This document shows positions 13,492 to 26,090 of a DNA stretch of 64,000 nt, piece by piece. The DNA is from Parasitella parasitica NRRL 2501 (Eukaryota; Fungi; Mucoromycota). The DNA lies in assembly GCA_025201805.1 (NCBI GenBank), contig MU619329.1, positions 3,001 to 67,000 on the forward strand, in the 5' to 3' direction. The position numbers were made by a program, and so were the translations under genes. The notes beneath the pieces are model-generated. The model did no database searches and was not told where the DNA came from. It saw only the letters and a program-made list of their open reading frames with translations. How positions within the stretch are numbered: the first letter of the stretch is position 1; each line of letters opens with the position of its first letter.

Positions 13492-16400
13492 TTACCGTTC
13501 AGACGATGTGGATCCACCCATCTGCAGCACTTTTTTACCTCGGATTTGACCACGCAATCTTGCACGCTCCTCCGCAGCAGCTAAATTACAACCATTTCAG
13601 CCATGTGTGCATATTGCATGATAGTAGCCCTTACCTTGACGTGCTGCTGCTGCTTCTCTTTCTTCGTAATTTAAGACCAGTTGCTTCAATTGCTGTTGTT
13701 CTTCTCGCTCTGCTTCCTGCTTTGAACGTGTGCTAACGGCCAAAACCGAATCTGATGGAACTTCCATTATCTTGGTCTAAGTGGCGTTAATTTTAGCATT
13801 TTTCTTTGTTGCAAAGATAGATTTGTACCTGTTGGCGGTTTCCTTTCTTTGTCAATAAGGTAAATGCCATTTTGCCTGTTTCGGGTTTGCTTGCGCCTTG
13901 GGCTAGTGTACGACGATCTGCTTATTTGGTTAGTCTCATGGTTCGGCCGTACATGATGTGATAAACTCACCTTGAGATCCCCTCAAGTTCATTGGAATGG
14001 GTACATCCAGCATCGCTCCCTTCTTTTCGAATTTACGAGAATCGATACTGTCGCTCATCATCTTGCTAAATTCTCTTTCAAATTCTTCCTCTTCCTCTCT
14101 GGAAAGCTGCTCTCTTTTATTCTTCAATACCACAACATCTTGGTCTTCTTCGTCTTGATTATTCGTATTGTTGGTGTCTGTGTCCTCATCTTCTCGTTGT
14201 CGATCTTGGGGTAAAAGATCGTCTTCGTCTTCCTCGCCACCGCTCAACGAAGAATCCGACAGCTCGCTGTCTTCGAAGCCATCCTCCAACAGTGCTTTAC
14301 CCTCTGTTGTACTCTGCACAGTCTTGAGCTGCTCCAGCAGCATGCGATCCACTTCTTCGTTGGCTTCTTCGTACGAGCTCAATACCTGCAATTGAGGTCG
14401 GAGCATCTCCAGCGTATCGGTAATCATAAAATCAACGTCCATAGGAGGCTTATTTTTACTTAGCACGTACATCTAGTAGTTAGGTTAGTTTTTCAAAGAA
14501 TCAGGATTGATCGACTTGCAGCAGCTTGTGTTACCTGGAAAAATGTCAAAAAGTTGTCCAATTTCTTTTTTGAGCTGCCTCTATCAAAACACATGCCACA
14601 TGTATCAAGTAGGGTGCAACACAGACGAATACGGAAAAAATCATTAGGGGCGTCGATAGAACAGTATCTTTCTCTAGCAGGTCTGCCAAACTCTATAAAT
14701 AGTTTTGCATGTAAAATTAAGTGTTACTGCTTCAGTCGACAAAAATTAAACTAACCATGACCAAACGTAACAATCGAGTACAACGTATCGAAAATAAGTG
14801 GCGATTCAATCATGCGGTAGTTGTACAATTCGCCTAAATACTTGGCCACTGCAATTCTCCGTTGATTGTGTTTGAAGATGTTTTGTTCCAAGCCGATGCG
14901 AATCTCCTCAACAACGCTGTCGATAATCTGCACTCCAAAATCACTGTAATAGCGGTTTAATCCACTAGCTAAAATCGCCATGAGATGAATATTGCCAAAC
15001 TTGATGTTCCAAATTTTTTGGAAGATCTTGGACATGATCGCTCGAATTGAAGCGTCCTCCCAATGCAATTTACGCAGTTGTTTCAAGACCTTATCCAAGT
15101 GCTTTTTGCAGAGGTCTTCGTGGATGAGTTTGCGTATGTACATTTCCATACTTGATCTTTCTTTGATTTTGATGGCGGGCTTGTCAGGAGGATTGGCTTG
15201 ATAATACGCATTTTCAACCATAGTGGCATATCTACTATCCAAATGTTGCACTGCCTTTTTGCGCATCACAGTTTCCAGCATGCCACTCATTCTGGCACTG
15301 GTTTCAGGGGATTTCAGTAAAAACCGACCACATGTCTCCAACAGGTTGCAAACAATGTCGATGTTGTGGTTGGTAAAGTCGTCTAAAGCAACCTTGAATG
15401 AGTAAAAAATGGTATGAGCAGGTGCTACGCGGAATTTGGCAAGTTCAGATAAATAGCGAATGTTCTTGATTCGAGTTTCGAGTAAATTGTGGGTCTTTTT
15501 TCGCTGTAACCCCTTAAACTCATAGGTCAATGCAGTTAGAACCATTTCTCCTACATCTGGAAAGTAAGTATTCAGCGTAGCGATCAGTCGGGAGTAGTAT
15601 GGTAGTAAGTCTATGCGCTGACGTTGTACACCAAGTAAAGTCTTCACTAGTCTCTTGCGAGCATTCTTGTTATTCATGTAACAAAAATCTACAGCCAGAC
15701 TATCAATCAGATCTCGATTACCACAGGTAGGCAAACGAGCAAATAATCCATCCAGTTGGACATTTTGCGTGCTAGGCTTGTTCATATCGTCTCCATCTTC
15801 ATCCACGGCAACTTCAAGAGCTTCATCTACGAGATCAGTAGCGTCCTCTTCTTCACCTTCCTCTTGATCAGGCTGATGTTCACTTGTCGCTTCCTCGTGA
15901 TCAATTTCATCATTTGAATTACGAGGAGAAGATATGTTGCTATCGTCGGCAGTATCGGTCGCTATATCCTCTTGCTCTTTGCTACCAACATCCTGAGACT
16001 TTGTAAGATTCACTTGTTGAGAATCCAAAAACACATCAGGCACCAGAATTCGAAGATCAGGTAAATCCTCATAGAATTTTCGAGCATCATCATCTTCCCA
16101 GATACCATTACCCAAGTTTTCTTTACCGTCATTGAACATATTTCCTGTATTGGCACTGACGATGGATTGTTTTGCAGCAGCTTCGTCAGAAGGAAGATCG
16201 GGCATATCAACATCCAGCGCATCTGATAATGTTTGTGTATGGTTCAATAGTTTTTCGTAGGCTTTGGTGGCTTTTTCCTGTCTTTGCTTGTTTTCTTCTG
16301 ATAATTCACCACGAGCAAAGAGAACTTCATTATTATGGCGTTCCATCTTTTGTATAAGTTTATGCATTTTGGTTAAATGAATGCAAACAGATTTGTAATA

Positions 16401-17407
16401 GGTTTCGAACAAGTTGGTCAGCAAGGCATGGGCCTCTGGTGTCACAACTGACTCTGCATCGAAGGTGGATTGTTTGTGCAGTTGCTGTGGTTGAGGCTCA
16501 CCTTCTATTTCTACTATTGCTGCAACTCGCTGTTTACGGGGTATAATACTTAGCACACTCGACCCATAATTCTTCAAAAACGAAGCAACCAAAGGCAAAT
16601 TGATATGATCGTTATCGTTCGATAACAATTCCTTTAATACTTTGTATAGAAAAGGCTCTTTGACATGGTTTCCTGGTTTTTTCGTTGCTGATTGTTGAGA
16701 TTTCGTTTCGCCTATTAATACAGCAACTACATCGCGATGGCTAGTTTCGATACCACCTACATTTACAGACGACAGCGCTGGGATACCATCTTCCACATAG
16801 CGTAATACATTCACTAACCAGAGTTCACAAACAATACGTAAATAGGTACGTTGCTTAACGATACGCGCTGACTCATCCTTCTCCTTTTGTTCCACGGATA
16901 GAGTTGCTAGGTATTGTTTACTCGGTGGTTGTAACACTTTGGCGAGTTGATAACTTAAGAGTAAGGTGAATGTATCTGGGAATCGTTGATGTAAAGCCGA
17001 GATAACCTTTTCATTTCATGTTTGTTTAGAATATACACGATGCATACACTTTTACAGACAAAAAATAACCTACTTCTACGCCCGCAGCAATGTCTACGTT
17101 CGTTTTGCATTTGAGCAAACCTTCCATCACACCACTCACAATTTCATTGATATACTTTTCCAAGCTAAGTTTGTTGATATCGTTCAATAGTTGTGCCTTC
17201 ATATCTGCGCCTAGCAAGGTTTTGCATTTATTGATGAATGTTGTGTTTTTCTTGATGTTGCTGTCGAGATTCTTAGGGATTTCTGAAATGTATCTCGTTG
17301 ATTTTCACGCTTTTAACTAAGAACAAGTATCAAAAATACTTACCACTCTTCCCTCTTTCCCATGCAAGTTTGTTCAAACATCGAAGCTTTTTTTTATTTT
17401 CTTCCAT
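13492..17407 (-). CDS. UPF2: nonsense-mediated decay factor Upf2 (three MIF4G domains); multi-exon
   Basis: NLDSNIKKNTTFI, IWEDDDARKFYEDLPDL, DLLPYYSRLIATL, NQRRIAVAKYLGELYNY, acidic linker and Upf1-binding C-terminus. The start codon is approximate. Confidence 0.93.
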
Positions 17408-17899
17408 TGCTGATACCTTATTGTGATGAAAAGAGTGAAAAAAAGCAGCAAACATCTGTATTCCGTAAGGGGTGACGTTTTTTCACCGAATGGCTAGAAT
17501 CTCCAATGTAATCTATCAGGCGTATGTCTATTAATGAAAATTGAAGACACTACGATTAATCTACTACGCCGGGCTCTTTTACATAAAGAACTATTTTTAA
17601 AATTTATTGATTCAACATGTATTTATCTGCGTGCTGTGTATTGTTTGGTAACCACTGGCATTTGGCAGTTACTACAGTGCTCATATATAAAAAATTAATA
17701 AAACCACATCCTAATTTTAGCAACTGACATTTTCTCTCTTTGACCCTTACAAATATTTTCTGCCATGCAGTAGCTTAGAATAAAACACCATGTATACAAT
17801 TCTATTTAAATACTGTAACAGTATATCAAGCTAAATTCCGAAAGAAGAAACAGATGATTTTGGTTACTTTTTATTAAACAATTTATAAATGATAATGTC

Positions 17900-20800
17900 A
17901 CTTACCCAGTAGTATTAAAAGGTCAAAGTCAAAGATGCAGCGCTCAATTAATATTGAGCTATCTCCATGTTTTATATTTGTTTAATAACCTTCAAAGAGT
18001 ATTGCCTCCATCGAAAGGCGAGCCCAGTATCTGTTTTCTGTACAAAAAAGATAGGGCTAAATTGGTGCGCTTGGCAGTGGCGGGGTTTGGGTCGAAGCAG
18101 GGGAAAGTTACTCCAAACAAAAGGCAACCAAGACCAGCAAGACCAATTGCAAGTGCTGAGACTTGGTCCCGGCACATTGTCTTGAAAGCATTGGGGCATT
18201 CGGGATTTAAGCAAAGAAACGAACAGCCTGTTCGTTGTATTTTGCCATTGAGAGCAGCCACAGGATGAGAGAGCTTGTGGAAGCAGAAAACACACGTTTG
18301 TGTATAGCGGCCATGTCGCTGCTGTTTCCAGAACCCATCAAATTGTCTGTGTCCCTTGATGCGAGAGCCGAATCCGTGTCCACGATCACCGACAAACATA
18401 ATCGGCCTCTTTGCACAAGAACTCTTTCTCTCGTAAGCTGCTAGTCTGTCAAAGTCTTTTCTGTAAGAGAGTTCCAGCCGTCTTCTTCTTTTTGTCATGG
18501 ATTGGTTGTACTAGAATGAGCGCAACAATGCGCGCGCATTAGTGTGATGCGAATAGGCTTGCTCCAAACCATCAGCTGTTGAGCATTGATAAAGGCTATT
18601 TTTTCCAAGATCCATTTCCATCTCCAAAACTGTATACCCGTCTTCTGTGATCTTCTTTTTTCGACTCAACGAATTTGTAAAACTAGCCAAGCCGGTATCT
18701 TGATTAATTTGCTTGGAGCCCAAAGTGAGAGCGTGAGGTAGAGTCAAGTGTTTAAAAATATCAGCTTCATTTGTATTTGAACCATCAGCATTGTCTGCAT
18801 CTTTGGTATCCTCTATAGGAGGCAAACATATTTAGAATCAGTTCCTTTAACTATATACATATGTGTTCAAAGGCATTGAGTTACATACCCAAGATCTGAA
18901 ACCTATTGTACAGCTTCAAGTGTGATGCGAAACAATCGATATCAAAAAACACTGTCTCGGTAGTCTTTATAATGCCATTATCCGTGCCACTGAACACGGC
19001 TGTTGTCATATCCATGTCTTCATCCAGCTTACATTCCTCTACCTTTCTACAGCATCCCTTGCTACCCACAGTAAAGGGCTTAAATGGTATTAGATTTTTC
19101 AAACCATCCACCAAAGGTTTTCCATATTCATAAATCTTCCGCCGCAATGACGGAAGCATCTCCTTTGTATCTCGAATAGCTACCATTAATCTTCTCTTCC
19201 TTAACTTTACTGCTTCCACATTCTGATAGCGCTCGTCTTTTTCTTCAACTTTAGCCTTCCAAGTCTTCGTAAGATCAGAAGTTTTGTCCCTTTCTTGGGC
19301 ATCTACGACTTTCTCATAACATTGTTTTTGTTCTTCAAAGTTGGTTCTCCAAGCTTTCTTGAGACCACGGACACTGTCGTTGTCTTGAAGAAACTGATAC
19401 AATTCGTTTGCGCGATCCCTGAGTGACTTATCGAGCTCCTTCTTTTGAGCCTTCATAGCTCGTAACTGGTCGTCATCGGTATGATGGCTCAGCTTGCTTT
19501 TTGTTTCTGGGTTCCTGCGACTACACTTGAAATGTCCAATGCTGCCACACAATCTGACAGTCTTCGATCCTGGTAAGATGTGTATTCTATTTACGAACTC
19601 CATCCCATAGCTTGATGGCACGCTTTTCAGTTTGCCAATGTTAAAGAAACTGCTAAAGACGGCGTCTTTATGCTTTACGTAATTGCCTTAAAAGTCTCGA
19701 AGATACATCCGTTTTGAAAGTTTGCTCAAGCAGAAAAGTGCATACAGGGTCGTTGTGTCGATAAGAAGTGCATGCAAAGTAGTGGGTCTGACTATTGGAA
19801 TAATTTAGCAACTTGGCCTTCATATTCGATTGAGCGCAGTAGTTGGTTCGCCATCAAGATGAACTTGAGTTGGCATGGAAGGAGATGATAAGTATCGCTT
19901 GATGCTATGTATGGCTGAACGAAGCTAGTAATTTTGATGATTGTTGCAGATTCTTGTGTAGTGATGTGTTCATCCTGATCTTGGAGGTATGCGTCTGTGA
20001 TATCTTGCGTGGCAAACAATGCTGATCTTGCAATGTTGACTAACTGCCTGATTCTTTTTCTAGATACATTAGTATTGTTCCCTTTCTCGTAGTCCTCTCT
20101 ATCATCAGTATCGCTTTCTTGGCGCTTTTCTTGCTGCTGCTGCTGCTGCTGATGTTTTGGATTTCTATCCCTTTCCGCTTGCTACATACATTCCGAGTTA
20201 TGACACTATGTCTTCCTTTAAAAACCAGACGACTCCTACCTCTCTACAAAGTACTTGCTCATATGTACCGATTTTCATCTGGCACATGTCTGCTGCCTCA
20301 TGCTTTTCTTTCTCTTCATACTTGGCTTTTCGCTTCTTTTCATCGGAAAACAGTTTTTGTCTTCCATTTCTTGTCTTGATCAGCACTGAAATTTCTGCCA
20401 TTGGGATACTGCAATTTGTCGCTCTTTGTCTGCCTTTATAGTTTTTTCGAAGCTTGGCCGATTGTCTTTCAGTCTTCTTCGTCTTGATAGCGTGGACTTA
20501 ATTGGGAGATAAATGTACAAACAACAAGAAGTTCAAGAGCTTTTTAAGTAGCTTGTTGACAATAGTATTCTCGGACCACATAATACGAAGATTCGTGTAA
20601 TACTGTTGGCGAGCCATCTTCATAACGTGGAAGGACAGATTTTGATGTGGGTTGGCTTCATCACGGCCCAAAACGTTTACAATTGCCTTTTGGAGAGGCG
20701 ACTTTTTAAATTTAGACTCTTCAATACCCATTTGACCATAATATGTTGAGTGCATTTGTTCCAAATAGGGTTGTAGAAACAGCGATTGATAGTGAGCATT

Positions 20801-22152
20801 GAACTCGTCATTCTCGAGAGAGCTGGAATTTAATGGCTTTGGTACAGTGATATCTTCCTCTAAATACCCTTCTGGCAGTATTGACGCAATGCTGTTTCCA
20901 CCATCGTAGACAAGTTCAATTTTGCCATCATTAGATTCAAATGTATACTTAGCAAACAACAGAGCGACTTTGAGAGCCTGCTTGCTAAAGTCAGACGATT
21001 AATTAGATACTTTCTCAATGGTAGCACCGATTGTATTACTGAATAACGACATGATATGTCGTCTGGCAAGTCATCTCTGAGCACTTGACTTAAGAAATTG
21101 AGCATGCGCAAAATTTCTCAGCGTCATCTTGAATCGCTCCGTCATTGTCTTCATCTTCGCTATCTTCACTCTCTTTATCATCATTGCTACCATCATCCTT
21201 TTCTGGTAAATCCAAAGAGATTGGAAGTTCTTCTCAACAAATTCTGTCCAGTATTCATGATTCTTCTTTCGAATTCCAGCCTTTTTATTCTGTGTATACA
21301 CGGTGCTCAACATCGTTGTGATTTTTCCTGGATTTGCAGGAACCATACGAAAATAGCATATAAACGCTGATAAGCTTCGATAAAGAGCAGAATAAACACT
21401 GTCGCATACGCCATAAGAACAGGCATGATCATCGCTATCTGAGCATAACTTGATTTCCACTGGGCAATGTCTCCATCAAACGTTTTTCGGTTTTTGATAT
21501 CGGAGTTCGAAAAAATCACGCGTTGTATGGGTGTGCTTGTATGTTCGTGCTAACGCTAAAATTGGAGCTATAATTACCATTATTTATGGTCATCGGTCTC
21601 AAAAGCAGATTTTAAATCAACACAAATTCAACTTAGTAGTATAAAATCAGATCATTAAATATTTTTATATTTCAGTTCGGATTGTGTAGTCGATATAAGA
21701 TGTTAATTAAAAAATGTCGACTTTAAAAAAATGTATTTGATTTTGTCGGACCAAGCTCATACCAAGTTTGTAAAATGCTTGACAAATCAAGCCAATATTT
21801 GTATAAAGTTAGCTCAAGTTAAGCTTGGCAAGAGCTTGATATAGTTTTTCAAGCTTTGAAATGGCTGAATTTAGTATGTAAATAAGAATTAAGCAAGACA
21901 AACATAAGCAAGAAGGAATGGATTTAGCAAATGCTCTGGTTGGGGTTTTCAGTTCCATTCCAGTGTGTTGATTTTTGAGAAACGGCGTTAAGCCAAGCAC
22001 ATCTTATTTTCAAAAACTAATAAAGACTTTAGAAAATAATAAGTAAAATATGTGCGTATAAAGAGAGTAAATAATGTTGAAAGTCGGGCGAAAAAGCTTG
22101 AATCTCTCGAAATTGGATATGTTCTAATTGAAAAAGGCGATTTTTTAAGCTG
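17900..22152 (-). mobile_element. Fanzor1-carrying DNA element; 5' end TA|CAGCTTAAA at 22152, 3' end approximate
   Basis: Contains the Fanzor pseudogene. The 5' terminus is defined by homology with a second copy starting TA|CAGCTTAAA at 43830. No transposase ORF was found inside. Confidence 0.65.
17992..21313 (-). pseudogene. Fanzor1 (eukaryotic TnpB-like RuvC RNA-guided nuclease), frameshifted and with nonsense codons
   Basis: Collinear fragments: SQVLRDDLP; YYTNLRIMWS..KLLKKLLNFLLFVHLSP; PIVRPTTLHALLIDTTTLYALF..KDAVFSSFF; RuvC-I-like FSGTDNG (D at 18980-18982); FVGDRGHGFGSRIKGH; Zn finger CVFC...CLNPEC; RuvC-III-like RDQVSALAI (D at 18166-18168). In-frame TAG at 18511-18513 and several frameshifts. 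Confidence 0.85.
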
Positions 22153-22846
22153 TACACTTTGTTCTATTTAATAATATGTATGTGTAAATACTTATTTTGG
22201 TCTGTTACCAGATAATATGAAATAGAAAAACGTATACATTTAGGTTAGCATAATTATTATCTCACAGTTTACATTCTTTTTCCAGTCCTTGAAAATGAGC
22301 AAAGCAGCGATTGTTTATGATAAAAGATGTGTATAACAGTTATGAAGGCTTAATTTATCAGGTACAAAACTATTGAGGTTTATTGAACTTGATAAGAAGC
22401 TGTCTATTTATATGGAAATCAATCCACATAAATCAATCTGTGAATTCAATCAGATTATGTTTAACATTTGATTGTCAAATAAGATTCTTATAACACAGTA
22501 GTAGTCAGAACAAGACCTATTTCTACAATTTAAAAAATGTAGTCAAATAACAATTTCATTAAAACAATCTTGACCTGCTTGAAATCCCCACTTTTCAGAT
22601 CATTCATAACTCACTAGAGAGCTGGTATTTCTCTGCCTTGATTCAGGTATAATTCTATTTTCAATGCCATCTTTTACATGGCTTTCGAAGGATGTTCAAG
22701 GGAACTGTTCCTTCATTCTTTGCATAAAGATGAAAGATTGTCACGAGCATGGCTTATCATTTTTTCCGCTTTTCTTCTTGACTTCTCTCATTCCAAAATT
22801 TAAAGTTTTTTTATTTAGACAGCTTACATCAAAAATTTGATTAGCA

Positions 22847-25784
22847 ATGGGTAAAGCTAGAGAGAAGAAGAACTCCAAAGGTAAGAAACTGAAACTACAA
22901 AGGATATCGACTTTGGATTTAGAGAATTGTTTGAAAGCTGATCAAGCCTATCTTTAATCACTATAGGACGTTTGGATAAATACTACCATTTGGCCAAAGA
23001 ACAGGGTTACCGTGCTCGTTCTGCTTTCAAGCTTATTCAACTCAACAAAAAATACAATTTCTTGGAAAAGTCTCGAGCATTGATTGATTTGTGTGCTGCT
23101 CCTGGTGGTTGGTAAGTGTTACTTTTTATTTATTTTGCACCGCATCCGATGTTGATCCAAAGAATTTTTGCAGGCTTCAAGTCGCAACAAAGTACATGCC
23201 TCAGTCCAGTCTAGTTATTGGTAAGCCCTGATCTTTGAAGCAAACTTTTTCTTAAAGCCTGTCATACTAATAAACATGAAGGTGTCGATTTGGTTTCAAT
23301 CAAACCTATTCCCGGTGTAATTACTTTCCAAGATGATATTACAACTGAAAAATGTAGGCAAAATCTTCGACAAGAAATGAAAACATGGAAAGCCGATGTG
23401 TATGTAGTGACAACGATGTCATCTGTCCGGGTATTAATATCGCTCACATCGTATTATATAGTGTTCTACATGATGGTGCTCCCAATGTTGGTAGAGCTTG
23501 GGTTCATGATGCTTTCTCTCAATCAGAGCTTGTACTTGTGTCGTTGAAGCTTGCAACTGAATTTTTGACGAAAGGTGGTACCTTTGTTACCAAAGTTTTC
23601 AGATCCAAAGATTACAACAAATTACTTTGGGTTTTCCAACAACTTTTCCGTAAAGTAGAAGCTACAAAGCCTCCCTCATCTCGTAATGTTTCTGCCGAAA
23701 TTTTCGTGGTATGCCGTGATTTCATTGCTCCTAAAAAAATTGATCCTCGTATCTTGGATCCCAAAGCTGTATTTTCTGATGTTGGCGCCGAGGAGCAAAA
23801 AAAAATGACAGACATTTTCAAACCTGATAAGAAGAACAGACACAGAGATGGATATGAGGATGGTGATTATACTATGCACAAGACACTCGATGTGATGGAG
23901 TTTGTCCGCACAAATGATCCCATTACTGCTTTGGGTTCTTACAATCAATTTACTTGGAATTCTGACGAGTCAAGAGAGCTACTCAAACGCGATATTACTA
24001 CTGAAGATGTCAAGTTGAATACTGAAGATTTGAAGGTTCTCGGTAAAGGTGATTTTAAAGCTCTTTTAAAATGGAGAGCTACTCTCCGCGAAGAATACAA
24101 GATGGATAAGAAGGAAGAGCAAAAGGCCAAGGCTGCTTTGGTTGAAGAGGAACCTATGGATGAAGACGAATTACTCGAAGCTGAGCTTGCTAACTTGACT
24201 AAAGAAGAAGCCGCCAAGAAGAAGAGAGAGAGGAGAAAAGCTAACGAAAAAAAGATGAAGCTGATTCAACGTATGCAACTAAATATGATTATCCCTACCG
24301 ACATTGCTTTAGAAGATGGAGGCGTGGCCGATGAGGAGGTTTTCAACATTAAAAAGATCAACAAGGACGATTCTCTTACGAAACTACATGCTGGTGACAT
24401 GTCAATGGCTGACGAATTTGCTGATGATGACAATACAAATGATATCAAGGTAGACAAGAACCTCCGTGGTCGTGTGAGAGAAATGGATATGGAGATGGAC
24501 GAAAACTTGGACTCTGACGAGGATTACGACCGGGATCTCGAGCAACAAATGGACGAAGCTTACAGTCGCTACAAACAAAGCAGAGCAGAGCGTAACGCCA
24601 AATTCAGAGCTAAGCAAGCTCGTGATGAAGACGATGAATGGAATGGCTTCGATGAAAAGAAGACAAAGAATGAAAATAGGAACAAAACTTTTGATTCTGA
24701 TTCTGATTCTGAGTCCTCTAGCTCAGAGTCTTCCGATTCTGAATCTGACAGCGATGACGATGACGATGACAGCGAAGATGACAATGCTACGACCAAACTT
24801 GTAAAATCTGGAGTTCCCAAGGAAAAAAAGCTCAAGATCGCCACGAAATCATCCAACTCTCTCATGAACGATCTTGGTGAAAAAGCTGCACTGTCCAAAA
24901 AGACTGCCAATGGTCTCACAACTGCTGCTTCCATGTTTTTTGATCAAGATATTTTCCAAGATGTTGCTCTTGAGGAGCTTGTTGAAGACGGAGAGGAATC
25001 CAGCGACGACGACGAGTTCATTCGTGAGCAATCTCGCAAGAGAAAGAGAAGTCAAAAGGATGTCGATGGCATTAACGATGGAGAAGAACAGCAAGATGCT
25101 GATACAGACTTTGAAATCGAAGCTACTGAAGATGCTGTTCCTTCCGATGAAGAAATGTGGGATGGTGATGAAGATGAGAATTCTAAGGACATGAAGAAGG
25201 CTTTAGAGATTGGTCTGACTACTGCTGAAGCTATCACCATGGCTCGTCAATTGGCCAATAAAGAAAAGACTCTTGAAGATTTTATTGATGATGGTTTCTC
25301 CAAAGAAGCTTTTAGAGATAAGGATGGTCTTCCTGACTGGTTTCTGGATGATGAGAAACACCATAACAAGCCCAATTTGCCCGTCACTAAAGAAGCTATG
25401 AACCAGCTCCGTGAGAAGCTCAAAGCGCTCAATGCTCGTCCTATCAAGAAGATTGCGGAAGCCAAGGCTCGCAAGAAGTTCAAGGCCGTGCAAAAAATCG
25501 CCAAAGCCCAAAAGAAGGCTACTGATATTGCGGATAACCCAGATATGTCCGAGAAAGAAAAAGCAAAGAACATTGGCAAACTGCTGGCAAGAGCAACCAA
25601 ATCAAAGCCCAAGAAGGATGTCAAGATTGTTGTTGCTAAGGGCGCTAATCGTGGTGTCAAAGGCCGCCCCAAGGGCGTCAAGGGCCGTTATAAAATGGTG
25701 GATGGTGTCATGAAGAATGAACGACGTGCAGAAAAAAGAAGAGAAAAGAAGGCAAAGAAGAGAAGCGGCAATGGTCGTCGTTAG
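22847..25784 (+). CDS. SPB1: pre-rRNA 2'-O-methyltransferase Spb1/FTSJ3; multi-exon
   Basis: [58 protein letters not shown]-terminal [16 protein letters not shown] and KGRYKMVD. Confidence 0.96.
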
Positions 25785-26090
25785 TCTCGCTATATTATAG
25801 ATTCCCTTTTATTTCTTATTTCATACAACCTTTTTTTTTTCACATTTGTCATTTCTCTTTAAAAGATTATTATATTATTAAAGCTATTTTGTAAATTACC
25901 ATGAAAAAAATATAAACCAAACTTTAATGTGTCTCAATGCTGGACCATCACGCTTGCTAGGCTTTTCTAAGGAGCATTTTGTAGCTCTAATTTGTGCTTA
26001 TGGCCAAATGAAATCATCTCAATCAGAAACTTTTCATCACTTTTCTCGTTATTTCTCGTTGTTTCTCATTGTATTATGATATAAAATTAT

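Noticed and set aside
17673-17700. TA|CAGTGCTC as the inverted-repeat partner of the Fanzor element 5' end
   Set aside because: Only TACAG and an A-run match CAGCTTAAAAAATCG, which is too weak to call a TIR.
17915-17960. Helitron 3' end (hairpin plus CTRR)
   Set aside because: The hairpin is AT-rich, no CTRR follows at the expected distance, and no Rep/helicase is present.
21520-22800. Transposase or other gene upstream of the Fanzor ORF
   Set aside because: No ORF with DDE, HUH or recombinase motifs; manual translations are short and full of stops.
23612-25713. Many antisense and alternate-frame ORFs over SPB1 (also over UPF2, AGC1, PRP2, ARB1)
   Set aside because: Shadow ORFs explained by the codon bias of the real gene.
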